DNA of 64,000 bases from an uncultured Clostridia bacterium (GTDB lineage: Bacteria > Bacillota > Clostridia > Oscillospirales > Ruminococcaceae). Positions 37,128 through 44,334 of the stretch are shown one piece after another. The position numbers and the translations under genes were made by a program. Numbering within the stretch: the first letter of the stretch is position 1; every line of letters begins with the position of its first letter. The notes under the pieces are model-generated. The model did no database searches. It saw only the letters and a program-made list of their open reading frames with translations, and had not been told where the DNA came from. The DNA lies in contig CANQOC010000005.1 in NCBI GenBank assembly GCA_947625375.1, forward strand, positions 45,630 through 109,629, given 5' to 3'.

Positions 37128-37612
37128 TGCTCGGGGTAAATGTCGTCTGTGTCGGAAAGCTTAAGGAGCAGTATTGGCGCGACGCCTGTGCAGAATACAT
37201 CAAACGTCTCGGGGCGTACTGCCGCCTGTCGGTGATTGAGCTGAGCGAGTCGAGACTGCCGCAAAAGCCGTCCGACGCCGAAATAAACGCGGCGCTCTCA
37301 GCCGAAGGGAAGCTGATGGACGCTTATTTATCGCAGAAGGGCGCTTTTAACATCGCGCTCTGTGTCGAGGCGGAACAGATGACCAGCGAGGAGCTTTCAA
37401 AGCGCATAGATGCGATGTCCGTCTCGGGTTTCGGGTCGGTCAATATCTTTATCGGAAGCTCGTTCGGACTCGACCAAGGGGTCAAATCCGCCTGTGATTT
37501 AAGGCTCGGAATGTCAAAATTTACCCTGCCGCATCAGCTGGCGCGGGTCGTGATTCTGGAACAGCTTTACCGCGCGTTCGGCATATCGGCAGGGTCGAAG
37601 TATCACAAATGA
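37127..37612 (+). CDS. rlmH: 23S rRNA (pseudouridine1915-N3)-methyltransferase
   Basis: SPOUT-family RlmH pattern: CVGKLKEQYW...FIGSSFGL...LPHQLARVVILEQLYRA. Confidence 0.92.
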   Translation: MLGVNVVCVGKLKEQYWRDACAEYIKRLGAYCRLSVIELSESRLPQKPSDAEINAALSAEGKLMDAYLSQKGAFNIALCVEAEQMTSEELSKRIDAMSVSGFGSVNIFIGSSFGLDQGVKSACDLRLGMSKFTLPHQLARVVILEQLYRAFGISAGSKYHK

Positions 37613-37623
37613 CAGGTGAGGAT

Positions 37624-38061
37624 ATGTTAAAGATAAGAAAAATGGAAAGCCGCGACACCGAGGCCGTCATCGGCATGATGGAGACGTTTTATGCCTCCCC
37701 TGCGGTGATGACAAACGGTTCGCGGCAGATTTTTATGAACGACGCCGCCGAATGTGTCGGCGAAAGTCCGTTTCTCGACGGAATAATTTTCGAGGAGGAC
37801 GGCGAAATCGCGGGGTACGCGATGATTGCGCACAGCTTTTCGACCGAGTTCGGGCGGCGCTGCGTCTGGGTCGAGGACCTCTATATCCTCCCGGAATACC
37901 GCCGGCGCGGCATCGGGAGCGAATTCTTCGCGTGGCTCGAAAAGAGCTTTCCGGGGCAGGCCGTCAGGCTCGAGGCCGAGCGCGAAAACTCGGCGGCAAT
38001 AGCGCTCTATGAAAAGTGCGGCCTGCGGGAGCTCGGCTATCTCGAGATGATAAAGCTTTAA
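37624..38061 (+). CDS. GNAT-family N-acetyltransferase
   Basis: Motif A RRRGIGSEFFAWLE. SD ggtgagga lies upstream of the ATG at 37624. Confidence 0.8.
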   Translation: MLKIRKMESRDTEAVIGMMETFYASPAVMTNGSRQIFMNDAAECVGESPFLDGIIFEEDGEIAGYAMIAHSFSTEFGRRCVWVEDLYILPEYRRRGIGSEFFAWLEKSFPGQAVRLEAERENSAAIALYEKCGLRELGYLEMIKL

Positions 38062-39071
38062 AGTCCCGCGCCTTTAAGAAGTCCCTCGAAGACCGGCTTC
38101 GCGTCGTCATAGATACAGAGGCGCCTGCGGTCGAAGAGGCGGAAGTCGCGGCCCCCGTTGTCCCACCAGACCGGCACCATTCCGTATCTTATTGCACCTC
38201 CGACGAAGCACTCGCCCCAGCGGCGGCGGTCGTCGGGGTTGTTTTTGTTTATGATTCCCATTTCGCCGATTACGACCGGTATCCCCTTTGAGACAAAGCA
38301 CTCGTTAAGCTTCTTAAAGGTAAAGTCGAGCTCGCGTTCGCCCGCCTCGCCGAAGCGGTTGACGGCGGGGTCCTCCAAAAGACAGAGCGGCACCGGCTGG
38401 TATGAATGTACCGAGACGATAATCCTGTCCGACGGGTCGGAGGGGACGCGGAACGCGGGGACAAAGGTGTGATGCGGGGCGGCGGCGTATGACGGGGTCA
38501 TTAAAAACCGCTCGGAATTGTTCCCGCCCGACGCCCTCACCGTCTCGACAAAGACCTCGTTATAGCGGTTGATGTATTCAATCGCGTCGAGACAGAGGCG
38601 GTCGGAGAGGTCGAGGTTCCATTCGTATTTGTGCCGCAGCATTCTCGGCTCGTTCATCGACTCGAAAATCAGCTTCTGACCGAAGCCGCCGAAGCGCTCG
38701 GAAAGCTGTTCCCAGATTCGGCGGATATATACCTTTCCGCTCTCGAAGCCCTCGGCGGTCGGTTGGAAGAGGTGGTTGTCGTGATGAATGTTGACGATTG
38801 TGTAAAGTCCGGCGTCGAGGGAATACCCCGCGGCCTCGGCGACGCGCTCCAGAAACGCGGGGTCGATGTTATACTCCGCGTCGACATGGCGGCTCCACGA
38901 CACCGGCAGACGCAGCGTTTTAAAGCCGTATGACGCGATTTTTTCGAGCATCGCGCGCTCGGTTCGCGGGTTGCCCCATGAGGTTTCGTCCGGGGCGGCG
39001 TCGAAGGTGTTGCCGAGGTTCCATCCGATTCCCATGTCGGTCATAAGCCTTTCGGCGAGACGTTTCTCCAT
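38058..39071 (-). CDS. GH5 glycoside hydrolase (cellulase family), no signal peptide
   Basis: GWNLGNTFDA, acid/base ESMNEPR and nucleophile context VIGEMG. Confidence 0.88.
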   Translation of the reverse strand: MEKRLAERLMTDMGIGWNLGNTFDAAPDETSWGNPRTERAMLEKIASYGFKTLRLPVSWSRHVDAEYNIDPAFLERVAEAAGYSLDAGLYTIVNIHHDNHLFQPTAEGFESGKVYIRRIWEQLSERFGGFGQKLIFESMNEPRMLRHKYEWNLDLSDRLCLDAIEYINRYNEVFVETVRASGGNNSERFLMTPSYAAAPHHTFVPAFRVPSDPSDRIIVSVHSYQPVPLCLLEDPAVNRFGEAGERELDFTFKKLNECFVSKGIPVVIGEMGIINKNNPDDRRRWGECFVGGAIRYGMVPVWWDNGGRDFRLFDRRRLCIYDDAKPVFEGLLKGAGL

Positions 39072-39089
39072 CTGACAGTCCTTTCGGGA

Positions 39090-40271
39090 TTACTCGGGTC
39101 TCGATGACTTGATTTCGTCGAGCGGGGTGACAAGTCCTGCCATAAGCCCGTCATATGCCGACTTGCTCTCTCCGTATACCTCGAGGTTTACGCGGTCGAA
39201 GAGACCGAACGCCTCGCTTCCGGGGGCGACGTTTCCGTTGTCCCACCAAACACAAACCTGTCCGCGGCTCTTCGCCTTCGCGACAAAATAGGTCGCCCAA
39301 TCCTGACGGTCATAGGGGTTGCTCTTGTTCGTGATTCCCATTTCGTCGATGATGACGCCGACGCCGTTTTTGCCGAATTTCTCGTAGTTTTTATCGATGA
39401 CGTCGTCAATCGAGCCGCGCGCCGCGGCGTCAAAGGTCTTTATATCCATTCTGTCGCCGTTCATCGCGAGGTCATAGGGGGTATAGGCGTGGACCGAAAT
39501 CAAAAGCTTTCCCTCGGCCGAGTCGGTCGGGAGCTTATAGGGGTCTTGGAGCGCATAGTACCCCGAGCCGCAGTATACCCCGAGGAGAAGATATCTCTCG
39601 GGATTCCTTCCGCCGGCGGCGCGGACGATGTCGACAAACCTCTGGTTGCAGTTGCTGATGATTTTTAAGGCGTCGAGGCAGTCGGTGTTGTTATAGTCGA
39701 CCCACCACTCATACTGCGTATTCGTAAGGCGCGGCTCGTTCATCGACTGGAAGATAAGGTGCTGGTCATAGTCCTTGAACCTCTCCGCAATCTGTGCCCA
39801 GATTTTTTCGATATAGTTATAGGTCTCGTCCTCGTGGGACTTCGAGGGATAATAGAAATCGTTGTCGTGATGAGAATTGAGGATTACGAACATGTCGTTG
39901 TCGAGAGCATAGTTCACAACCTCTTCGACGCGGTCCATCCAGTCTTCGTCGATGACGTAGTCCGGGGCGCCGGAGGTATGAAGTCCCCAAGAGGTCGGAA
40001 TCCTTATCGTGTTGAACCCGAGCTCGTGGATTTTATCTATCATCTCGTGGGTCGTGACCGGCTGGTACCAAGCGGTTTCGCCCTCGGGCGCGTCAAGGGT
40101 ATTTCCGAGGTTCCACCCCACGCCCATCTCGGACAAAAGCTCGTCCATCGAATATTCCTCGGCATTTACGGCCGCGTCGCCGTGGGTGTTGCCGACAGAA
40201 TCGCCGTTCCCGCAGGAGACGAGCGACAGCGCAATCAGCGCCGCAAGCATCAGAGTAAGAAATCTTTTCAT
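39090..40271 (-). CDS. GH5 glycoside hydrolase (cellulase family), lipoprotein
   Basis: Signal peptide with lipobox LVSCG, then GWNLGNTLDA, QSMNEPR and IIDEMG. Confidence 0.88.
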   Translation of the reverse strand: MKRFLTLMLAALIALSLVSCGNGDSVGNTHGDAAVNAEEYSMDELLSEMGVGWNLGNTLDAPEGETAWYQPVTTHEMIDKIHELGFNTIRIPTSWGLHTSGAPDYVIDEDWMDRVEEVVNYALDNDMFVILNSHHDNDFYYPSKSHEDETYNYIEKIWAQIAERFKDYDQHLIFQSMNEPRLTNTQYEWWVDYNNTDCLDALKIISNCNQRFVDIVRAAGGRNPERYLLLGVYCGSGYYALQDPYKLPTDSAEGKLLISVHAYTPYDLAMNGDRMDIKTFDAAARGSIDDVIDKNYEKFGKNGVGVIIDEMGITNKSNPYDRQDWATYFVAKAKSRGQVCVWWDNGNVAPGSEAFGLFDRVNLEVYGESKSAYDGLMAGLVTPLDEIKSSRPE

Positions 40272-40447
40272 ATCAAATCCTCCTTTAAATCAAAAAACTC
40301 CGGACTTATTATAATCCAACCCGCCGCTGTTGTCAACCGGATTAGAGGTTAGAAATTAGAGATTAGAAATTAGAAGTCAGAAAAATGCCCGCACGGTTAG
40401 ATGCGGGCGATTTTAAGGAAAAAGCTGTTATGCCGTTGTCGGTTAAA

Positions 40448-40708
40448 TCAGTCTCCCGAGCCGACCGGGCCGTTATATCCGCACCAGTCGCAGACAAGGC
40501 TGTTTCCGCCGTCGTACAGATAGATATACGACCCGCCGGACTTCTTGCACATCGGGCAGCAGGGCGCCGGGCGCGTCTTCTGCTCCGCGCCGTCGGATTT
40601 TTTCAGCATCGCGCCGACGCTCTTAATCACGTCGCCGACAATTCCGCCCCCGACAGCTCCCGAGAGCTCGCCGTCTTTAAGCTCGCAATCCTCTTTTCTG
40701 TTGGACAT
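40448..40708 (-). CDS. Array A member A10: double-glycine-leader peptide with zinc-ribbon-like core
   Basis: Leader ...ELKDGELSGAVGG. Core GIVGDVIKSVGAMLKK, a linker, then CCPMCKK...CDWCGYNGP. Confidence 0.75.
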   Translation of the reverse strand: MSNRKEDCELKDGELSGAVGGGIVGDVIKSVGAMLKKSDGAEQKTRPAPCCPMCKKSGGSYIYLYDGGNSLVCDWCGYNGPVGSGD

Positions 40709-40751
40709 TCCGTCAGCCTCCTTTCGTCCTCGGCCGGTCGGCCTTGGGTTA

Positions 40752-41069
40752 TCATCTCATCGTGACAAAGCCGAATTCGTCTTTTCCGATAGAGTCAGGC
40801 TTCGGGGGTTCTTTTTCCTCATGCTTTGGGCGGAACATGGACAGCCAAAAGTCTCCGCACGCTTCCAAAAAATCGTCAAGGATTTCAATTCCTCCGGCGG
40901 CGCCTTCGATTTCCTCGTCAGAAATCTCTCCGCTCCTCGCGTTTATCTTAGAGAAAAACTTCTCGGCGTCTTCCGGCGCGAGGTCCTTGCCGTTTTCCTT
41001 TGCAAGCTCGATAAGCTCGCCGGCGGACTTTGCCGCCCTTGCCCTTTTAATGAATTCTTCTTGTGTCAT
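40752..41069 (-). CDS. Array A member A9: Nif11-type-leader precursor
   Basis: Leader MTQEEFIKRARAAKSAGELIELAKENG...SGEISDEEIEGAAGG. 45-aa core IEILDDFLEACGDFWLSMFRPKHEEKEPPKPDS... Confidence 0.8.
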   Translation of the reverse strand: MTQEEFIKRARAAKSAGELIELAKENGKDLAPEDAEKFFSKINARSGEISDEEIEGAAGGIEILDDFLEACGDFWLSMFRPKHEEKEPPKPDSIGKDEFGFVTMR

Positions 41070-41092
41070 AATATTATCTCCTTTCGGTATTT

Positions 41093-41410
41093 TTATCTCA
41101 TCGTGACAAAGCCGAATTCGTCTTTTCCGATAGAGTCGGGCTTCGGGGGTTCTTTTTCCTCATGCTTTGGGCGGAACATGGACAGCCAAAAGTCTCCGCA
41201 CGCTTCCAAAAAATCGTCAAGGATTTCAATTCCTCCGGCGGCGCCTTCGATTTCCTCGTCAGAAATCTCTCCGCTCCTCGCGTTTATCTTGGAGAAAAGC
41301 TTCTCGGCGTCTTCCAACGCGAGGTTATTGCCGTTTTCCTTTGCAAGCTCGATAAGCTCGCCGGCGGACTTTGCCGCCTTTAATGTTTTAATAATTTCTT
41401 CGTTAGCCAT
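41093..41410 (-). CDS. Array A member A8: Nif11-type-leader precursor (paralog of A9, identical core)
   Basis: The C-terminal two thirds are identical in protein to A9, while the N-terminal leader is diverged. 341-bp tandem duplication. Confidence 0.8.
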   Translation of the reverse strand: MANEEIIKTLKAAKSAGELIELAKENGNNLALEDAEKLFSKINARSGEISDEEIEGAAGGIEILDDFLEACGDFWLSMFRPKHEEKEPPKPDSIGKDEFGFVTMR

Positions 41411-41458
41411 AATAATATCCTCCTGTAAATAAGTATCGGCTTTACTGTCCGAAGATTC

Positions 41459-41782
41459 TCAGTTCTTAATGATAACCTTCTTATTACGCGGATCCAACAG
41501 CTGGCAGAGCAGCATATCGGGTTCATGACCCAGATGTCTGCAGGTTCCGCAGCACCCCTGAAGAATAACCTTGGCTTCGCCGTTGGTAATGCCCTTTTGG
41601 CGCGCGTAAAGGGAAATATTCATTTCGCTCGGAGTGCTGTCGCCCGGCTGATACTGTCCGATAATACACTTGGTGTCAAGCTTAATGACGGGATAGTCGA
41701 GAGAGCCTTCGCCCCCGCCCGCCGCGGCGCTGAGCTTAACGTCGTTAATTTCGCTGTGCTTAATAATCTCTTCATCTGCCAT
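41459..41782 (-). CDS. Array A member A7: short GG-leader precursor with 84-aa core
   Basis: Leader MADEEIIKHSEINDVKLSAAAGG. The core ends ...LQGCCGTCRHLGHEPDMLLCQLL... Confidence 0.72.
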   Translation of the reverse strand: MADEEIIKHSEINDVKLSAAAGGGEGSLDYPVIKLDTKCIIGQYQPGDSTPSEMNISLYARQKGITNGEAKVILQGCCGTCRHLGHEPDMLLCQLLDPRNKKVIIKN

Positions 41783-41823
41783 AATATCGCCTTCTTTCTT
41801 AACGATTAAATTAACCCGGGTTA

Positions 41824-42159
41824 TTAGTTTAGATATAACGGTCCTTCATATCCGCAGTCGTCACAGTAAATCATCTTTGTGCCGTCGGGAGCGTCGTGAA
41901 TAAAAATCCATGCCGACGACGTCTGACCGCAAATCGGGCATTTTTCGGGAGTCCAAGGCGGCGCCGCGGGAGTGGGAGCTTTCGGCTCTTTCTGCTTTTT
42001 CGGCTTAGAGTCCTTTCCACCGTAAAACAAACCGCCGATAGATTCCTTGACCCAGTCAACTACTCCCCCGCCGGCGACATTGTCGAGATTGTCGTCCGAG
42101 ATTTCGTGCGGCTCGGCGGCCTCGATTTTTTCTTCTTTTTTGATTTCCTTTTCAGACAT
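41824..42159 (-). CDS. Array A member A6: GG-leader peptide with zinc-ribbon-like core
   Basis: Leader ...HEISDDNLDNVAGG. Core GVVDWVKESIGG, a Lys/Pro-rich linker, then CPICGQ...CDDCGYEGP. Confidence 0.75.
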   Translation of the reverse strand: MSEKEIKKEEKIEAAEPHEISDDNLDNVAGGGVVDWVKESIGGLFYGGKDSKPKKQKEPKAPTPAAPPWTPEKCPICGQTSSAWIFIHDAPDGTKMIYCDDCGYEGPLYLN

Positions 42160-42205
42160 AATATTATCTCCTTTAAATAAATTTCGTCAGTCGGATATGC
42201 GGTCA

Positions 42206-42451
42206 TCAGACCGAGGACAAGGGCCCCTCATATCCGCACAGCAAGCATTTAATCATAACCGTGCCGTCATCGGCCGCGGTGCCGAAAACAAAAACATTGT
42301 CCACAGGCTTATGGCAAAAGGGGCAGAGGTCGGGTTCCTTCGGCTTCTCCCAAGGATAATGCAAATCCGCCTTAATCCAATCATCGATTGCTCCCCCTCC
42401 CGACGCCTTTTCGAGAGCGCCGTCCGAGAGCTCGCTGTTAAGCCTTTTCAT
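42206..42451 (-). CDS. Array A member A5: GG-leader peptide with zinc-ribbon-like core
   Basis: The ATG at 42451 follows SD aaggagga. Leader MKRLNSELSDGALEKASGG. Core GAIDDWIKADL...CPFCHK...CLLCGYEGP. Confidence 0.75.
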   Translation of the reverse strand: MKRLNSELSDGALEKASGGGAIDDWIKADLHYPWEKPKEPDLCPFCHKPVDNVFVFGTAADDGTVMIKCLLCGYEGPLSSV

Positions 42452-42474
42452 TGCAGCTCCTCCTTCGCGGGTCA

Positions 42475-42657
42475 TCAAAGCCTGCACATGCCGTTGCCGC
42501 AATATTGTCTGCAGTTGTCACAGGACTTATCTTTACTGCCATACTTCCCATTAAAAAGGTCGCAGTAATGCTCGGGCGGGCAGTCGTGACCCCCGTCGAC
42601 CCCGACGCTCTTTCCGCCGGTAACCTTCTCGGTTTCAATGTCTTTAGATTCTTTCAT
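42475..42657 (-). CDS. Array A member A4: bacteriocin-type GG-leader, 6-Cys core
   Basis: MKESKDIETEKVTGG then KSVGVDGGHDCPPEHYC...SCDNCRQYCGNGMCRL. Confidence 0.8.
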   Translation of the reverse strand: MKESKDIETEKVTGGKSVGVDGGHDCPPEHYCDLFNGKYGSKDKSCDNCRQYCGNGMCRL

Positions 42658-42682
42658 TGTAAAGTCCCCTTTCTTCAGTCAA

Positions 42683-42868
42683 TCAAAGTCTGCACCTGTT
42701 GTTGCCGGAATACGCCTGACAGTTGTCACAGGACGTATCCTTCTTCCACTTATCCTTCGCGCAAAATCCTCCGCAGGTATGCGCGGGCGGGCAGTCGTGA
42801 CCCCCGTCGACTCCGACGCTCTTTCCGCCGGTTGCTTCCTCAATCTCGAAATCATTAAGCTCTTTCAT
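42683..42868 (-). CDS. Array A member A3: bacteriocin-type GG-leader, 6-Cys core
   Basis: MKELNDFEIEEATGG then KSVGVDGGHDCPPAHTCGGFC...SCDNCQAYSGNNRCRL. Confidence 0.8.
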   Translation of the reverse strand: MKELNDFEIEEATGGKSVGVDGGHDCPPAHTCGGFCAKDKWKKDTSCDNCQAYSGNNRCRL

Positions 42869-42891
42869 TGTAAATCCTCCTTAAAATAATG

Positions 42892-43110
42892 TTATCGTGC
42901 ATGGTTGCACAGGTCTTTTCCGTCGTTGTTTTTTCCGCAATGGTGACGGCAGTTGTAACAGGAATCCGGGTCTCCCGGAAGTCTTCCGCTGCCCTCTTTC
43001 TCGTGATAATACTTGCATATCTTGCTTTCGGGACAGGTCCAATAGCCGTAGACGTTGACGGTTCTTCCGCCGGTGACTTCCTCAATCTCGAAATCATTAA
43101 GCTCTTTCAT
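42892..43110 (-). CDS. Array A member A2: bacteriocin-type GG-leader, 6-Cys core
   Basis: MKELNDFEIEEVTGG then RTVNVYGYWTCPESKIC...GDPDSCYNCRHHCGKNNDGKDLC. Confidence 0.8.
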   Translation of the reverse strand: MKELNDFEIEEVTGGRTVNVYGYWTCPESKICKYYHEKEGSGRLPGDPDSCYNCRHHCGKNNDGKDLCNHAR

Positions 43111-43127
43111 TGTAATTCCTCCTTAAA

Positions 43128-43355
43128 TTACGGTTCCCACCAAGCTAATGTGCACAGGTTTTCTCCCTTTTGATTATATCCGCAGAAGAAGCGGCAGTAG
43201 ATGCAGGAATCAGGGTCTCCCGGCTGTTTGACCATGCCATCCTTAAATAAATAATGCTTACACATACGGCTTTCGGGACCAACCCAATAACCTATCGGGT
43301 TGACACTTCTTCCTCCGGCGGCCGTCTCGAGTTCCTTGTCGTTAATTTCTTTCAT
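43128..43355 (-). CDS. Array A member A1: bacteriocin-type GG-leader, 5-Cys core
   Basis: MKEINDKELETAAGG then RSVNPIGYWVGPESRMC...GDPDSCIYCRFFCGYNQKGENLC. Confidence 0.8.
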   Translation of the reverse strand: MKEINDKELETAAGGRSVNPIGYWVGPESRMCKHYLFKDGMVKQPGDPDSCIYCRFFCGYNQKGENLCTLAWWEP

Positions 43356-43405
43356 TGTAATTTCTCCTTTCAGCGATTTAGCTCGCGTTGTTTTCTTGTA
43401 CTTCC

Positions 43406-43469
43406 ATTATACCACTATTTTTTGATTTTGGCGTGTCGTTTACGTCACATTTCGTGTCGTTTACGTCAC
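43406..43469 (-). promoter_or_regulatory. Array A promoter: two phased 16-bp direct repeats plus an extended -10
   Basis: On the minus strand: GTGACGTAAACGACAC, gaaat, GTGACGTAAACGACAC, 21 nt, TGgTATAAT. The -35 is weak (ACGCCA). Confidence 0.7.
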
Positions 43470-44245
43470 TTTTGCGCGTCAACCGAAACCGCGAACAGCC
43501 TTTCGGCATTTTCCCGCGCCGAAAATAGGATTGAATCGGGGTCGGTGCCGCGAAGCTCGGCGGCCTTTGCGGCGGTATATTTTATCATCGAGCTGTCGCT
43601 GGTCTTCCCGCGGAAGGGTTCGGGCGCCATATAGGGGCAGTCGGTCTCGAGGAGAAGCCTGTCCCCCGGCATTTTTTGGACGACCTCCTGTGCCTTCTTC
43701 GAGTTTTTGAAGGTGAGTGCGCCGGTGAAGCCGAGATACATTCCGAGCGAGAGAATCTCCTTCGCAGTCTCCCATGAGCCGGAGAAGCAGTGCATCACCC
43801 CGCGTGGTCTAAGCTCGCGGAGGATTTCGACACAGTCCCCGGTGGCGTCGCGCGAGTGGACGATTATCGGGAGTCCGAGTGAATTCGCCATCTCAATCTG
43901 TGCGCGGAAAAGCTCAATCTGCGCCGCGCGGTCGTATCCCTCATAGTGATAGTCGAGGCCGATTTCGCCGACGGCGACGACCTTTTTCGAGCCGAGAGCA
44001 ATATCCCTGAGCCGCGAGAGGCTGTCCGAGGAATACTCCGAGGCATATTCGGGGTGAATTCCGACAGAGGTATAATACCGCGGGTATTTTTCCGACATCA
44101 TTAAGCCGAATTCCGCCGACTTCGGGTCGGTCGAAGCGTGAATAATCCCGCAGACATCGCCCGAAAATAGCGACGAAACAAGGGCGTCGGGGTCGGGAAA
44201 ACGCGGGTCGTCGTAGTGGGAATGAGTGTCGAAAATAAGTGACAT
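43466..44245 (-). CDS. tatD: TatD-family metal-dependent hydrolase/DNase
   Basis: FDTHSHYDD and further conserved His/Asp positions (VHSRD, MHCFSG, ETDCPY). The ATG at 44245 follows SD aaaggcgg. Confidence 0.9.
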   Translation of the reverse strand: MSLIFDTHSHYDDPRFPDPDALVSSLFSGDVCGIIHASTDPKSAEFGLMMSEKYPRYYTSVGIHPEYASEYSSDSLSRLRDIALGSKKVVAVGEIGLDYHYEGYDRAAQIELFRAQIEMANSLGLPIIVHSRDATGDCVEILRELRPRGVMHCFSGSWETAKEILSLGMYLGFTGALTFKNSKKAQEVVQKMPGDRLLLETDCPYMAPEPFRGKTSDSSMIKYTAAKAAELRGTDPDSILFSARENAERLFAVSVDAQK

Positions 44246-44334
44246 AATAAAACCGCCTTTCGGAAAATATTGACTTGAAAAAAATGTATGATATAATAAA
44301 GACACCGAAGATTTTACTAAGAGGAGCTGTAAAT

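Noticed and set aside
40545-41432. 295-aa plus-strand ORF spanning the peptide array
   Set aside because: It is antisense to A8, A9 and A10. Its internal repetition simply mirrors the 341-bp duplication, its sequence is Ser/Pro/Phe low-complexity, and it has no SD.
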